DNA from: an uncultured Actinomycetota bacterium
Lineage (GTDB): Bacteria; Actinomycetota; Actinomycetes; JAHEKZ01
Assembly (NCBI GenBank): GCA_963718235.1
Contig: CAVQYR010000002.1
Span: forward strand, 736,001 to 800,000
Reading direction: 5' to 3'
Length of the DNA stretch: 64,000 nucleotides
The first letter of the stretch is position 1, and each line of letters opens with the position of its first letter. The position numbers and the translations under genes were made by a program. Below are positions 40,393 to 51,333 of the stretch, in pieces. The notes beneath the pieces are model-generated. The model did no database searches and was not told where the DNA came from. It saw nothing but the letters and a program-made list of their open reading frames with translations.

Positions 40393-40938
40393 GTGTCCCG
40401 CCTCGACCCGCGCGCGCCGCTGGTGCTCGACACCGCGACGTTGCCGCGAAGTCCAGGACAGATGCGCACCCTTTCGGCCACGGTGCCGGCGCCGGAGGAT
40501 CTCGGACTCGACGTCATCAGTGTTCCCCCCGGCAGCGACCTCCAGCTGGACCTTCGGCTGGAGTCGGTGATGGAGGGTGTGCTGGTGACCGGTACCGTCT
40601 CCGCTGCCGCCCACGGGGCGTGCGTGCGGTGCCTGGAACCGGTCGAGCAGCCGCTCGGGATCGAGGTCCAGCAGCTGTACGCCTACCCTGGGTCGGCGTC
40701 GGCTGACGACGACGAGACCCCGCAGCTCGAGGACGACCTCGTCGACCTCGAACCGGTGCTGCGCGACGCCGTCGTGCTGGCGCTGCCGCTGCAACCGCTG
40801 TGCCGGGACGACTGCCCGGGTCTGTGCGCCACCTGTGGCGCTCGCCTGGCCGACGACCCGGAGCACCACCACGACCAGCTCGACCCCCGATGGGCCGCAC
40901 TGCTCCAGCTGCCCGAAGACTCCAAGGAAAGAGGCTGA
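40393..40938 (+). CDS. YceD/DUF177 family protein
   Basis: CVRCL, PLCRDDCPGLCATCG, DPRWAAL; precedes rpmF. Confidence 0.9.
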   Translation: MSRLDPRAPLVLDTATLPRSPGQMRTLSATVPAPEDLGLDVISVPPGSDLQLDLRLESVMEGVLVTGTVSAAAHGACVRCLEPVEQPLGIEVQQLYAYPGSASADDDETPQLEDDLVDLEPVLRDAVVLALPLQPLCRDDCPGLCATCGARLADDPEHHHDQLDPRWAALLQLPEDSKERG

Positions 40939-40940
40939 CG

Positions 40941-41114
40941 ATGGCCGTCCCGAAGCGGAAGACCTCGCGCAGCAACACCCGCGCCCGGCGCTCGCAGTGG
41001 AAGGCCGCGCCGATCACGGTCGTCACCTGCGACCGGTGCCGCGAGCCGAAGCTGCCGCACGTGGCGTGCCCGACCTGCGGCACCTACGCCAAGCGCCAGG
41101 TCCTCGACGTCTGA
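40941..41114 (+). CDS. rpmF: 50S ribosomal protein L32
   Basis: [21 protein letters not shown], CxxC...CxxC. Confidence 0.97.
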   Translation: MAVPKRKTSRSNTRARRSQWKAAPITVVTCDRCREPKLPHVACPTCGTYAKRQVLDV

Positions 41115-41124
41115 CGTCGGTCCG

Positions 41125-41853
41125 TTGAGTGCCGTGCCTGCCCCGGCGGCGTCGCCGTGGCCGAACCCGCCTTCGCAGCTGATGGCCCGGCTCGGGGTCG
41201 AGGTCGAGCCCGCCCTCGTCGAGCAGGCCCTGACCCATCGCTCGTACGCCTACGAGAACGGTGGGATCCCCACCAACGAGCGGCTGGAGTTCCTCGGCGA
41301 CTCCGTGCTCGGGGTGGTCGTCACCGACGCCCTCTACCGCGAGCACCCCGACCTGCCGGAGGGCCAGCTGGCCAAGCTGCGGGCCGCGGTGGTCAACATG
41401 CGTGCCCTCGCGGAGGTCGGTCGGGGACTCGAGCTGGGCTCCTACGTGAGGCTGGGCAAGGGCGAAGAGTCCACCGGGGGCCGGGACAAGGCGTCGATCC
41501 TCGCGGACACCCTGGAGGCCCTGATCGGGGCGGTCTACCTGTCCGGCGGCATCCCCCGGGCCGCGCAGTTCGTGCACCAGCAGTTCGACCCGGTCATGCA
41601 CGCGGCCGCGTCCCTCGGGGCCGGGCTCGACTGGAAGACCAGCCTGCAGGAGGTCACCGCGACCCTGGGCCTGGGCGTGCCCGAGTACCGGGTGACCGAC
41701 AGCGGCCCCGACCACGCCAAGTCGTTCACCGCGACGGTGGTCCTCGGCGGCCGCGACTTCGGCCGCGGGGAGGGCGGGTCGAAGAAGGAGGCCGAGCAGC
41801 AGGCGGCCGCCGTCACCTGGCGCCAGCTGCGCGACGCCCCGCCGGGTGCCTGA
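41125..41853 (+). CDS. rnc: ribonuclease III
   Basis: [18 protein letters not shown], dsRBD (GPDH, SKKEAEQ); start uncertain. Confidence 0.96.
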   Translation: MSAVPAPAASPWPNPPSQLMARLGVEVEPALVEQALTHRSYAYENGGIPTNERLEFLGDSVLGVVVTDALYREHPDLPEGQLAKLRAAVVNMRALAEVGRGLELGSYVRLGKGEESTGGRDKASILADTLEALIGAVYLSGGIPRAAQFVHQQFDPVMHAAASLGAGLDWKTSLQEVTATLGLGVPEYRVTDSGPDHAKSFTATVVLGGRDFGRGEGGSKKEAEQQAAAVTWRQLRDAPPGA

Positions 41854-42730
41854 GCTCCCCGAGGTCGAGAGCGTCCGACGAGGGCTGGTCGCCCACGTCG
41901 TCGGACGACCGATCGAGGCGGTCGAGGTGCTCCACCCCCGTGCGGTCCGGCGTCATGTGGCCGGAGCACGCGACCTGTCGGCGCGGCTGGCCGGCAGGTC
42001 GTTCGCGGTGCCGCGTCGCCGGGGCAAGTACCTGTGGCTGCCCCTGGACGACGGCGAGGGGGGCCTGGTCGCCCACCTCGGCATGAGCGGACAGTTCCGG
42101 GTGGCCCCTGCCCCCGCGCCGGACGAGCCGCACCTTCGGGTGCGCTGGCGTTTCGCGGACGGCGTCGACGAGCTTCGGTTCGTCGACCAGCGGACGTTCG
42201 GCGGCGTGTGGCTGGAGCCGCTGGCCACCGACGGGGTACCCGACTCGCTGCGCGGGCTGGCACTCGACCCGTTCGAGCCCGGGTACGACCTCCCGGCGAC
42301 CTCCCGGGCCCTGCGCCGTCGGCGCACCCAGGTCAAGCGGGCGCTCCTCGACCAGACCCTGGTGTCGGGGATCGGCAACATCTACGCCGACGAGGCCCTG
42401 TGGCGCGTGCGGCTGCACCACGCACGGCCGACCCAGCAGCTGACCGCCGCCCAGGCGCGTGGGGTGCTGCAGGCGGCCTCGGAGGTCATGGCCGAGGCGC
42501 TGGAGGCGGGCGGGACGTCCTTCGACGCCCTGTACGTGCACGTCAACGGGGACAGCGGCTACTTCGAGCGCTCGCTGCACGCCTACGGCCGAGAGGGCCT
42601 GCCGTGCGACCGGTGCGGGACGCCGATCCGACGCGAGGCCTTCATGAACCGCTCGTCCTTCCTGTGCCCGCACTGCCAGCCGCCCGGCCGGAGGCGACGG
42701 CGCTCACCCGTTCGGGGGAGCGCGCCGTGA
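41846..42730 (+). CDS. mutM: formamidopyrimidine-DNA glycosylase
   Basis: [24 protein letters not shown]-terminal Zn finger. Confidence 0.97.
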   Translation: MPELPEVESVRRGLVAHVVGRPIEAVEVLHPRAVRRHVAGARDLSARLAGRSFAVPRRRGKYLWLPLDDGEGGLVAHLGMSGQFRVAPAPAPDEPHLRVRWRFADGVDELRFVDQRTFGGVWLEPLATDGVPDSLRGLALDPFEPGYDLPATSRALRRRRTQVKRALLDQTLVSGIGNIYADEALWRVRLHHARPTQQLTAAQARGVLQAASEVMAEALEAGGTSFDALYVHVNGDSGYFERSLHAYGREGLPCDRCGTPIRREAFMNRSSFLCPHCQPPGRRRRRSPVRGSAP

Positions 42731-42873
42731 CCATTCCTTGACCTGGCCGACGCCGGGTGCGACCCTGGAGGGACTTCCCCGAACCAGGCCCGGCCCGGGT
42801 GGCAGCTCGCCCCGACCCGCCGGTCCGACCTCGACTCGCACTCGTTTCGGCCGCTGTTGAAAGGTTCCTCACC

Positions 42874-43086
42874 ATGGCAAAGGCGCTCCTCGGCCACGTC
42901 GGCGGAAGCGATCCTGTGGTAGCGGCCCAGCTGGCCTCGCTGCGCTGTCGCGTGCGCGACCTGGAGGCCGAGGTGCTGCGCCTGCGGGCCGAGAACGACG
43001 CCCTGGCTGCCGCGACCGTGCCGGGTGACCTGCTGACCCTCGACGTCACCTCGACCGTGTCGGGCGGGGCCCCGGTCCTGGCCTGA
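42874..43086 (+). CDS. small conserved actinobacterial coiled-coil protein
   Basis: MAKALLGHVGG...RVRDLEAEVLRLRAENDAL; promoter TTGACC-N17-GACCCT (42738-42766). Confidence 0.75.
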   Translation: MAKALLGHVGGSDPVVAAQLASLRCRVRDLEAEVLRLRAENDALAAATVPGDLLTLDVTSTVSGGAPVLA

Positions 43087-43131
43087 CGTCCCTCCCGGAA
43101 CCGCCGGTTCCCTGCCGGTAGAGTCGCCCCG

Positions 43132-46100
43132 GTGTACCTGAAGAACCTCACCCTGCGGGGTTTCAAGTCGTTTGCGTCGGCCACGACGCTGCGCTTCGAA
43201 CCCGGCATCACCTGTGTCGTCGGACCCAACGGTTCCGGCAAGTCCAACGTGGTCGACGCGCTCTCGTGGGTGATGGGCGAGCAAGGGGCCAAGTCCCTGC
43301 GTGGCGGCAAGATGGAAGACGTCATCTTCGCCGGAACCTCCGGGCGCCCGCCGCTGGGTCGGGCCGAGGTCGTCCTCACCATCGACAACAGCGACGGCGC
43401 CCTGCCGATCGACTACGCCGAGGTGACGATCAGCCGCACGATGTTCCGCAACGGCGGCTCCGACTACGCGATCAATGGGGAGACCGTCCGACTGCTCGAC
43501 GTCCAGGAGCTGCTGTCGGACTCCGGCATCGGGCGGGAGATGCACGTCATCGTGGGGCAGGGGCAGCTGGACTCCGTGCTGTCCGCGACCCCTGAGGACC
43601 GGCGGGGGTTCATCGAGGAGGCCGCTGGTGTCCTCAAGCACCGCAAGCGCAAGGAGAAGGCGCTGCGCAAGCTGGAGGCGATGGAGGCCAACCTCGTCCG
43701 GTTGACCGACCTGACGGCCGAGCTGCGCCGCCAGCTCAAGCCGCTGGGCCGCCAGGCGGAGGTGGCCCGCCGAGCTGCGGTCATCCAGGCCGACGTCCGC
43801 GACGCCCGGCTGCGTCTGCTCGCGGACGACCTGGTCACCCTGCGCGGAGCGCTGGACGCCGAGGTGGCCGACGAGACCGCCCTGCTCGAGCGTCGCTCCG
43901 GGGTCGAGACGGCGCTGGCCGCAGCACGCGGCCAGGAGACCGAGCTGGAGCAGGCCGCGTCGGCCGCGTTGCCGATCGTCACCGCCGCCCAGGAGACCTG
44001 GTACCGGCTGTCCGGTCTGCGCGAGCGCATGCGCGGCACCGCCTCGCTGGCCGCAGAGCGGGTGCGGCAGCTGGCCACCCTGCCCGACGACGACCGGCTT
44101 GGTCCCGACCCGGACGCGCTCGAGGCGCAGGCGATGGAGGTGCGAGCGCAGGAGGCCGAGCTCGCCGGACAGGTCGAGGCGGGTCGGCTGAGCCTGAAGG
44201 AGGCCGAGGCGCTGCGCCACGACGCCGAGACCGCCCTGGCGACCGAGGAGCGCCGCCTGGCGGCGCTGCTGCGGGCCATCGCCGACCGCCGCGAGGGGCT
44301 GGCCCGGCTGGCCGGCCAGGTCAACGGGCGGCGCAGCACGGTAGAGGCAGGGGACGCCGAGATCGCCCGCCTGACCGCCGCGCTCGACGAGGCCCGGGCC
44401 CGGGCCGACCGCGCGCAGCAGGAGTTCGCCGCACTCGAGTCGCGGATCGCCGGCATGGACGCCGGCGAGGTCGACCTCGACTCCGAGCACGACAGCGCCC
44501 TGGCCGCCCTGGCCGCGGCCGACGAGCGGATCGCCGCGCTGCGCGAGGAGGAGCGCGAGGCCGAGCGGGCCCGCAGTGCGGCCACGGCCCGCAAGGAGGC
44601 CCTCGAGATGGGCCTCGCGCCCAAGGACGGCGCTGGCGCGCTGCTAGCCGCAGACACCCGGGTCAGTGGGTTGCTCGGGTCGGTCGCGGCCCTGCTGTCG
44701 GTGCAGCCGGGCGCCGAGACCGCGGTCGCCGCAGCGTTGGGGTCGGCTGCCGACGCCGTCGTCGTGGAGTCGGTGGGCTCCGCGGTCGATGCGATCCGCC
44801 GGCTCAAGGACGACGACGCGGGGCGCACCGGGCTCGTGGTGGGCGGTGCACCGGAGCAGCCGCGGCAGTCCTGGCCGGTCTTGCCCCAGGGCACCCACTA
44901 CGCGATCGACCTGGTGACCGCCCCGACCCAGATCCAGGCCACGCTGACCGCCCTGCTCGAGCGGGTGGCCGTGGTCGACGGGCTCGCGTCGGCCCGGGCT
45001 CTGGTGCAGGAGCACGCCGAGGTGGTGGCGGTCACCCGGGACGGCGACGTCCTCGGGCGGCGGTTCGCGGCCGGGGGCTCCAGCGCGACCCCGAGCCTGC
45101 TCGAGGTCCAGGCCGCCGTCGACGAGGCAGCCGCGGCTCTCGAGGCGGCGTCCCACCGCAGCGAGCAGCTGCGCTTCTCCCTGGCCGGTCTCGCCCAGGA
45201 GCGCGAGGTCGCCTCGGGCCGGGTCGACGCTGCGCTCGCCCAGCTGCACGAGTCCGATGCCCGGCTCGCCGCGGTCGCCGAGCAGCTCGGCCAGCTCGGC
45301 TCGGCTGCCCGGGCTGCGGCCGGGGAGGCCGAGCGGCTGCAGGTCACCATCGACACCGCTCGTGCGGCCCGAGACGGCGATGCGCAGGCCCTGGCCGAGC
45401 TGGAGCAGCGTCTTGCCGCCGCCCAGGACGCCCCTGAGGTCGAGGAGCCGTCGGCCGACGAGCGCGACGCGCTCGCCCTGGCCGCGGCGCAGGCACGGGC
45501 CAGCGAGACCGAGGCCCGCCTGCGGGTCCGCACGGTCGAGGAGCGGGTCGCCGGCCTGGCCGGCCGGGCCGACCAGCTCGACCGGGCGGCCCAGGTCGAG
45601 CGCGAGGCTCGCGAGCGGGCTCGGCTGCGTCGGGAGCGTGCCGTTCGGGAGGCCGCGGTCGCCGCGGCGGTCGTCTCGGCGACCGACGTCGTCCTGTCCC
45701 GCCTGGAGACCTCGTTGGCGCTGGCGGCGGTCGAGCGCGACGAGGCCCAGCGCACCCGCGAGGCCCAGGACGCCGAGCTTGGCGTGGTGCGGCTGCGTCT
45801 GCGCGAGCTCGAGGGTGAGCTGGACCAGCTCACCGACTCCGTCCACCGCGACGAGGTCGCACGCACCGAGCAGCGGCTGCGGATCGAGCAGGCGGAGACG
45901 CGGGCGGTGGAGGAGCTCGGGATCGACGTCGACTCGCTGCTCGCCGACTACGGCCCCGAGCAGCTGGTCCCGCCGTCGGGTGTGGCGCCCGGTGATCCCG
46001 AGCCCGACGTGCCGCCGACCCCCCAGCCCTACGACCGCGGGCAGCAGGGGAAGCGGCTTCGGGCCGCCGAGCGCCAGCTCGCCCTGCTCGGCAAGGTCAA

Positions 46101-46695
46101 CCCGTTGGCGCTGGAGGAGTACGCAGCCCTGGAGGAGCGCCAGCAGTTCCTGACCGAGCAGCTGGAGGACCTCAAGAAGACCAGGCGCGACCTCATGGAC
46201 ATCGTGCGCGAGGTCGACGAGCGCGTCGAGCAGGTCTTCACCGAGGCCTACCGCGACGTCGAGCGTGAGTTCGTCGACGTGTTCGCCCGACTCTTCCCCG
46301 GGGGTGAAGGGCGACTCCTGCTCACCGACCCCACCGACATGCTGGCCTCCGGGGTGGACATCGAGGCCCGACCGCCCGGCAAGAAGGTCAAGCGGCTGTC
46401 CTTGTTGTCCGGCGGCGAGCGCTCGCTGACCGCGGTGGCCTTCCTGATCGCGCTGTTCAAGGCCCGTCCGAGCCCGTTCTACGTGCTCGACGAGGTCGAG
46501 GCGGCCCTCGACGACACCAACCTGGGGCGCTTGCTGGAGATCTACGAGGAGCTGCGCGAGAACAGCCAGCTGATCGTGATCACCCACCAGAAGCGCACGA
46601 TGGAGGTCGCCGACGCCCTGTACGGGGTCTCGATGCGTGGTGACGGGGTCAGTGCGGTGATCAGCCAACGGCTGCGCGAGGCCGAGTCCGCGTGA
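43132..46695 (+). CDS. smc: chromosome segregation protein SMC
   Basis: GFKSF, GPNGSGKSN, long coiled coil and hinge, LSGGE, LDEVEAALD. Confidence 0.98.
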   Translation: MYLKNLTLRGFKSFASATTLRFEPGITCVVGPNGSGKSNVVDALSWVMGEQGAKSLRGGKMEDVIFAGTSGRPPLGRAEVVLTIDNSDGALPIDYAEVTISRTMFRNGGSDYAINGETVRLLDVQELLSDSGIGREMHVIVGQGQLDSVLSATPEDRRGFIEEAAGVLKHRKRKEKALRKLEAMEANLVRLTDLTAELRRQLKPLGRQAEVARRAAVIQADVRDARLRLLADDLVTLRGALDAEVADETALLERRSGVETALAAARGQETELEQAASAALPIVTAAQETWYRLSGLRERMRGTASLAAERVRQLATLPDDDRLGPDPDALEAQAMEVRAQEAELAGQVEAGRLSLKEAEALRHDAETALATEERRLAALLRAIADRREGLARLAGQVNGRRSTVEAGDAEIARLTAALDEARARADRAQQEFAALESRIAGMDAGEVDLDSEHDSALAALAAADERIAALREEEREAERARSAATARKEALEMGLAPKDGAGALLAADTRVSGLLGSVAALLSVQPGAETAVAAALGSAADAVVVESVGSAVDAIRRLKDDDAGRTGLVVGGAPEQPRQSWPVLPQGTHYAIDLVTAPTQIQATLTALLERVAVVDGLASARALVQEHAEVVAVTRDGDVLGRRFAAGGSSATPSLLEVQAAVDEAAAALEAASHRSEQLRFSLAGLAQEREVASGRVDAALAQLHESDARLAAVAEQLGQLGSAARAAAGEAERLQVTIDTARAARDGDAQALAELEQRLAAAQDAPEVEEPSADERDALALAAAQARASETEARLRVRTVEERVAGLAGRADQLDRAAQVEREARERARLRRERAVREAAVAAAVVSATDVVLSRLETSLALAAVERDEAQRTREAQDAELGVVRLRLRELEGELDQLTDSVHRDEVARTEQRLRIEQAETRAVEELGIDVDSLLADYGPEQLVPPSGVAPGDPEPDVPPTPQPYDRGQQGKRLRAAERQLALLGKVNPLALEEYAALEERQQFLTEQLEDLKKTRRDLMDIVREVDERVEQVFTEAYRDVEREFVDVFARLFPGGEGRLLLTDPTDMLASGVDIEARPPGKKVKRLSLLSGGERSLTAVAFLIALFKARPSPFYVLDEVEAALDDTNLGRLLEIYEELRENSQLIVITHQKRTMEVADALYGVSMRGDGVSAVISQRLREAESA

Positions 46696-47066
46696 ACCAG
46701 CCCCCGGTCCCTCCGTACCGGATGGGGGTGCTCGTGTTCGCCGTGGTGTCGGTGGCGGCGCTGGCCGGGCTGCTGGCCTGGGCGATCCTCGTGGTTCCGC
46801 TGCGAGACGCCGACGGGACCAGCGCGGTCGGCCTGCTCGGGCTGCCGCTGCCGGCGCTGGCCGCCGTGTTCGGCTTCAGGTTCGTCACTCGAGACCTCGG
46901 TGGCCGCATGGGGCTGGCCAGCCTCCTGGTCTTCTTCGGATCGCTGGGCTCCACCGTGCTCGCCTTCTCGGTCGCGCCCGGGCTCGTCCTGGTCGTGGTG
47001 CCGCTGCTGTCCGCCGCGTTCGGGCTGCTGGCCCGACGGATGCTCGACGTCCCCTCAGGAGCCTGA
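46692..47066 (+). CDS. hypothetical 4-TM membrane protein
   Basis: Four hydrophobic segments; GTGA overlap with smc. Confidence 0.65.
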   Translation: MNQPPVPPYRMGVLVFAVVSVAALAGLLAWAILVVPLRDADGTSAVGLLGLPLPALAAVFGFRFVTRDLGGRMGLASLLVFFGSLGSTVLAFSVAPGLVLVVVPLLSAAFGLLARRMLDVPSGA

Positions 47067-47069
47067 CCC

Positions 47070-48230
47070 GTGGAACCGCTCTGGATCGCCCTGCTCGTGC
47101 TTGCGGCCGTCGTGGTCGTGGTGGTCGCCGGAGCCGCACTGCTCGCCCCACGGCGCCGTGCCGGGCGCCCGGGGCCGCGGCCCGCAGACCACGTGCCCGG
47201 CGTCGGTGACGACGCGAGTGAGCCGAGGGACACCCCGCTTCGCACCGTCGAGAGCGTGCCGCTCCCCGACGCCGACGGCTCGGGGGGAACGGCGGTCCTC
47301 GAGCGGCCCGAACCCGCGGCCACCCGGTTGCAGCGGCTGCGCGCGCGGCTGGCCGGGTCCCAGTCGGTGCTCGGCCGAGCGCTGCTGGCCGTCCTGTCCC
47401 GCGACCACCTCGACGACGCCGACTGGGAGGACGTCGAGGACACCCTGATCAGTGCCGACCTCGGCGTCGAGGCCAGCCGTTCGCTGGTCGATCGCCTGCG
47501 GACGAGGGTCCGGGTCGAGGGGGCCCAGACACCCGCCGCCGTCCAGGCGCTGCTCCGTGAGGAGCTGCTCGACCTGGTCGGGCGCGACGCGGATCGTTCC
47601 CTCTCCCTGGTCGGAGGCGACGGCAGCCCTGCGGTCGTCATGGTGGTCGGCGTCAACGGCACCGGAAAGACCACGACCACCGGGAAGCTCGCCCGGCTAC
47701 TCGTGGCCGAGGACACTGACGTCCTGCTCGGCGCTGCCGACACGTTCCGAGCGGCCGCCTCCGAGCAGCTGCAGACCTGGGGCGACCGGGTCGGCGTTCC
47801 GGTGGTCCGTGGTCCCGAGGGTGGCGACCCGGGCAGTGTCGCGTTCGAGGCGGTCGCCGCAGGCGTCGAGCAGGAGGTCGACGTCGTGATCGTCGACACG
47901 GCCGGCCGGCTGCACACCAAGTCGGGTCTGATGGACGAGCTGGGGAAGATCAAGCGGGTCGTGGAGAAGCAGGCGTCGGTCACCGAGGTGCTGCTGGTGC
48001 TCGACGCGACCACCGGCCAGAACGGGCTGACCCAGGCCCGGGTCTTCGCCGAGGCCGTCGACGTCACCGGGATCGTGCTCACCAAGCTCGACGGCACGGC
48101 CAAGGGCGGGATCGTGGCCGCAGTGCAGTCCGAGCTGGGCGTGCCGGTGAAGCTGATCGGACTCGGCGAGGGCCCCGACGACCTGGCCCCGTTCGACCCG
48201 GTGGAGTTCGTCGACGCGCTGCTCGGGTGA
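47070..48230 (+). CDS. ftsY: SRP receptor FtsY
   Basis: N-terminal TM, GVNGTGKTTT, DTFRAAA, DTAGR, TKLDGTAKGG. Confidence 0.97.
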   Translation: MEPLWIALLVLAAVVVVVVAGAALLAPRRRAGRPGPRPADHVPGVGDDASEPRDTPLRTVESVPLPDADGSGGTAVLERPEPAATRLQRLRARLAGSQSVLGRALLAVLSRDHLDDADWEDVEDTLISADLGVEASRSLVDRLRTRVRVEGAQTPAAVQALLREELLDLVGRDADRSLSLVGGDGSPAVVMVVGVNGTGKTTTTGKLARLLVAEDTDVLLGAADTFRAAASEQLQTWGDRVGVPVVRGPEGGDPGSVAFEAVAAGVEQEVDVVIVDTAGRLHTKSGLMDELGKIKRVVEKQASVTEVLLVLDATTGQNGLTQARVFAEAVDVTGIVLTKLDGTAKGGIVAAVQSELGVPVKLIGLGEGPDDLAPFDPVEFVDALLG

Positions 48231-48922
48231 GCTCGCAGCGGGCGCACCTGCTCGACACGGTCACCGCGGCGGTGCTGCGACACCGCCGGTGGCCCGTCAC
48301 CCGGGTGGCCGTGGACGGTGTGGACGGCGCGGGCAAGACCTTCTTCGCCGACGAGCTGGCCGCCCGCCTGCGGCACGAGGACGTGCCGGTGATCCGGGCC
48401 GGGATCGACGGGTTCCACCGCCCCGCCCGCGAGCGCTACCGGCGCGGACGCCGAAGTCCTGAGGGCTTCTTCCTGGAATCCTACGACTACCCGGCGTTCC
48501 GGCGATCGCTCCTGGACCCGCTGGTGGCCGGTGGCACGCTGCGCTACCGGGTCGCGGTCTTCGACCTGGCCTCGGACGCCCCGGTGGACCACCCCATGGC
48601 CGTGGCGGAGGTCGGGTCGATCCTGGTGGTCGACGGGATCTTCCTGCATCGTGACGAGCTCGTCGGGGAGTGGGACTTCTCGGTGTTCCTCAGGGTCTCG
48701 TTCGCAGAGGCGACGCGTCGTTGGCAGGTGCGGGACGGAGTCGCACCGCGAAGGCGAACGACGTCAGACGACCGCTACGTCGAGGGCCAGCGGCTGTACC
48801 TGACCGCCTGCCATCCGGAGTGTAGGGCGAGCCTGCTCGTCGACAACGAGGACTCCTCGGCACCCTTCGTCGTCCAGGCCCCCGAACGGGACGCCGGCGG
48901 GGAGCCGCGGGGCCGGGTCTGA
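48227..48922 (+). CDS. uridine kinase-like P-loop kinase
   Basis: VDGVDGAGKT, DGFH, VDGIFL, RYVEGQRLY; GTGA overlap with ftsY. Confidence 0.8.
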   Translation: MSSQRAHLLDTVTAAVLRHRRWPVTRVAVDGVDGAGKTFFADELAARLRHEDVPVIRAGIDGFHRPARERYRRGRRSPEGFFLESYDYPAFRRSLLDPLVAGGTLRYRVAVFDLASDAPVDHPMAVAEVGSILVVDGIFLHRDELVGEWDFSVFLRVSFAEATRRWQVRDGVAPRRRTTSDDRYVEGQRLYLTACHPECRASLLVDNEDSSAPFVVQAPERDAGGEPRGRV

Positions 48923-49013
48923 CCGACCGCCCCCGGTGGCGGTTAGGCTTCCTTCCGCAACCGTGCCGGACCCGTCCTGCGCCCGTCTCACCCTGCGAAG
49001 GCTCTCGATTCCC

Positions 49014-50549
49014 TTGTTCACCACGCTCTCCGACCGCCTGAACACCACGCTCAAGTCGCTGCGTGGCAAAGGCAAGCTCTCCGACGCCGACCTCGACGCC
49101 ACGCTGCGCGACATCCGGGTGGCGCTGCTCGAGGCCGACGTCGCTCTGCCTGTGGTCAAGGAGTTCGTCGCTGCCGTCCGCGAGCGGGCCCGGGGAACCG
49201 AGGTCTCCCAGGCGCTGAACCCCGGTCAGCAGGTCGTGAAGATCGTCAACGATGAGCTCGTCACCGTCCTCGGCGGCGAGACCCGCCGGGTGCGCTTCGC
49301 GAAGAACCCGCCCACGGTGATCCTGCTGGCCGGGCTCCAGGGCACCGGCAAGACCACCCTTGCCGGCAAGCTCGGCCACTGGCTCAAGCAGCAGGGGCAC
49401 ACCCCTCTGCTCGTCGCCGCGGACCTGCAGCGACCCAACGCCGTCAACCAGCTGCAGGTGACGGGGGAGCGGGCCGGTGTCCCGGTGTTCGCCCCCGAGC
49501 CGGGCAACGGCGTCGGCGACCCGGTGGCCGTGGCTCGCAACGGGCTCGCCGAGGCGCGGGCCAAGCTGTTCGACGTCGTGGTCGTCGACACTGCGGGTCG
49601 GCTCGGTGTCGACGCCGAGCTGATGCAGCAGGCCAAGGACATCCGCGACGCCGTCAACCCCGACGAGATCCTGTTCGTCCTCGACGCGATGGTCGGCCAG
49701 GACGCCCTCGCCACGGCGACCGCTTTCTCCGAAGGCGTCGGGTTCGACGGGATCGTGCTCACCAAGCTCGACGGCGACGCCCGCGGCGGGGCGGCGCTCT
49801 CGGTCCGCGGTGTCACCGGCAAGCCGATCATGTTCGCCTCCAACGGTGAGAAGGTCGAGGACTTCGACGTCTTCCACCCGGAGCGGATGGCCTCGCGCAT
49901 CCTCGGCATGGGCGACCTGCTCACCCTGATCGAGCAGGCGGAGCGGGTCTTCGAGCGCGACCAGGCCGAGGCCATGGCGGCCAAGATCAGCACGGGCACG
50001 GCCTTCACCCTGGAGGACTTCCTGTCCCAGCTGCAGGCGGTCCGCAAGATGGGCTCGCTGAGCAAGATGCTCGGGATGCTGCCCGGGATGGGTGACTTCA
50101 AGGACCAGATCAACGACATCGACGAGGGCGAGCTCGACCGGGTCCAGGCGATCATCTTGTCCATGACGCCGGCCGAGCGGGTCGACGTGAAGATCCTCAA
50201 CGCCTCCCGCCGGACCCGGATCGCCCGCGGGTCCGGGACCCAGGTCAGCGACGTCAACCAGCTGGTCAACCGGTTCCTCGAGGCGCGCAAGATGATGAGC
50301 TCGATGTCCCGTGGGGGCATGCCGGGGATCCCGGGCATGGGAGGGATGCCCGGTCCCGGAAAGCGGGGCAAGGCCAAGTCCGGCAAGGGCAAGGCCGGCA
50401 AGGGCAAGGCCCGCAGCGGCAACCCGGCCAAGCGGGCCCAGCAGGAGCGCCAGGAGCAGGAGCGGCTGGCCACACCGGCCCCCGGCGTCCCGGCCGACCT
50501 GCAGCTGCCCCCGGAGTTCACCAAGCTGCTGCCGCCCAGCTCGAGCTGA
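49014..50549 (+). CDS. ffh: signal recognition particle protein
   Basis: FTTLSDRL, GLQGTGKTT, DTAGR, RILGMGD, Met-rich M domain; TTG start inferred. Confidence 0.97.
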   Translation: MFTTLSDRLNTTLKSLRGKGKLSDADLDATLRDIRVALLEADVALPVVKEFVAAVRERARGTEVSQALNPGQQVVKIVNDELVTVLGGETRRVRFAKNPPTVILLAGLQGTGKTTLAGKLGHWLKQQGHTPLLVAADLQRPNAVNQLQVTGERAGVPVFAPEPGNGVGDPVAVARNGLAEARAKLFDVVVVDTAGRLGVDAELMQQAKDIRDAVNPDEILFVLDAMVGQDALATATAFSEGVGFDGIVLTKLDGDARGGAALSVRGVTGKPIMFASNGEKVEDFDVFHPERMASRILGMGDLLTLIEQAERVFERDQAEAMAAKISTGTAFTLEDFLSQLQAVRKMGSLSKMLGMLPGMGDFKDQINDIDEGELDRVQAIILSMTPAERVDVKILNASRRTRIARGSGTQVSDVNQLVNRFLEARKMMSSMSRGGMPGIPGMGGMPGPGKRGKAKSGKGKAGKGKARSGNPAKRAQQERQEQERLATPAPGVPADLQLPPEFTKLLPPSSS

Positions 50550-50738
50550 CCGCTTCCCTCGCCCGGGGGCGGGCGGATTGTCGACCGGAGGGGTGCTGCG
50601 GCTAGACTCCCCGCTCGTACCCGACCGACCGCGGGCCCTCTCACCCGTCGGTTCGTCGAGTCCCCCCGCCGAGCACGGCCTGCGTTCCCCACACGCGGCC
50701 CGTTCCGGCTGCGACCAGAACCAGGAGACCCACACCCC

Positions 50739-51332
50739 GTGGCTGTCAAGATCAAGCTCAAGCGGATCGGCAAGATCCGTGAGCCGCACTACCGCATCGT
50801 CATCGCCGACGCCCGGGCCAAGCGCAACGGTCGGGCGATCGAGGAGATCGGCCAGTACCACCCGCTGCACGACCCGTCGGTGATCAAGGTCGACTCCGAG
50901 CGGGTCCAGTACTGGCTCGGGGTCGGCGCCCAGCCGACCGAGGCCGTGGCCGCGCTGCTGCGGGTCACCGGTGACTGGCAGCAGTTCAAGGGCGAGCCGG
51001 CGCCGCCGCCGATGAAGATGGCCGAGCCCAAGCAGGACAAGCGAGCCGTGTTCGAGGCCGCGGTCAAGGACGGCGCCGCTGAGCCCACCGCGGCCGCGAC
51101 GACGCCCAAGAAGGCCAAGGCCCCGAAGCCGGCCAAGGCCGACCCGGTCGATGCTGCTCCGGAACAGGCGGCCCAGCCGGCAGCCGAGCCGGCGGCCGCG
51201 GAGGTTCCCACCGAGGTCGAAGCCCCGGCCGAGGCCGAAGTGGCTGCCGAGGCTGCTCCGGAACCGGAGGTCGAGCAGACCGCTGCCGAGACCGTCCCCG
51301 ACGAGGCTGCCGCGGACGAGGGCAAGGCCTGA
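50739..51332 (+). CDS. rpsP: 30S ribosomal protein S16 with long Ala/Glu/Pro tail
   Basis: [30 protein letters not shown]. Confidence 0.97.
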   Translation: MAVKIKLKRIGKIREPHYRIVIADARAKRNGRAIEEIGQYHPLHDPSVIKVDSERVQYWLGVGAQPTEAVAALLRVTGDWQQFKGEPAPPPMKMAEPKQDKRAVFEAAVKDGAAEPTAAATTPKKAKAPKPAKADPVDAAPEQAAQPAAEPAAAEVPTEVEAPAEAEVAAEAAPEPEVEQTAAETVPDEAAADEGKA

Positions 51333-51333
51333 C

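Noticed and set aside
50990-51332. Long low-complexity tail on S16, and GKGKA repeats at the Ffh C-terminus
   Set aside because: Such extensions are common in actinobacteria.
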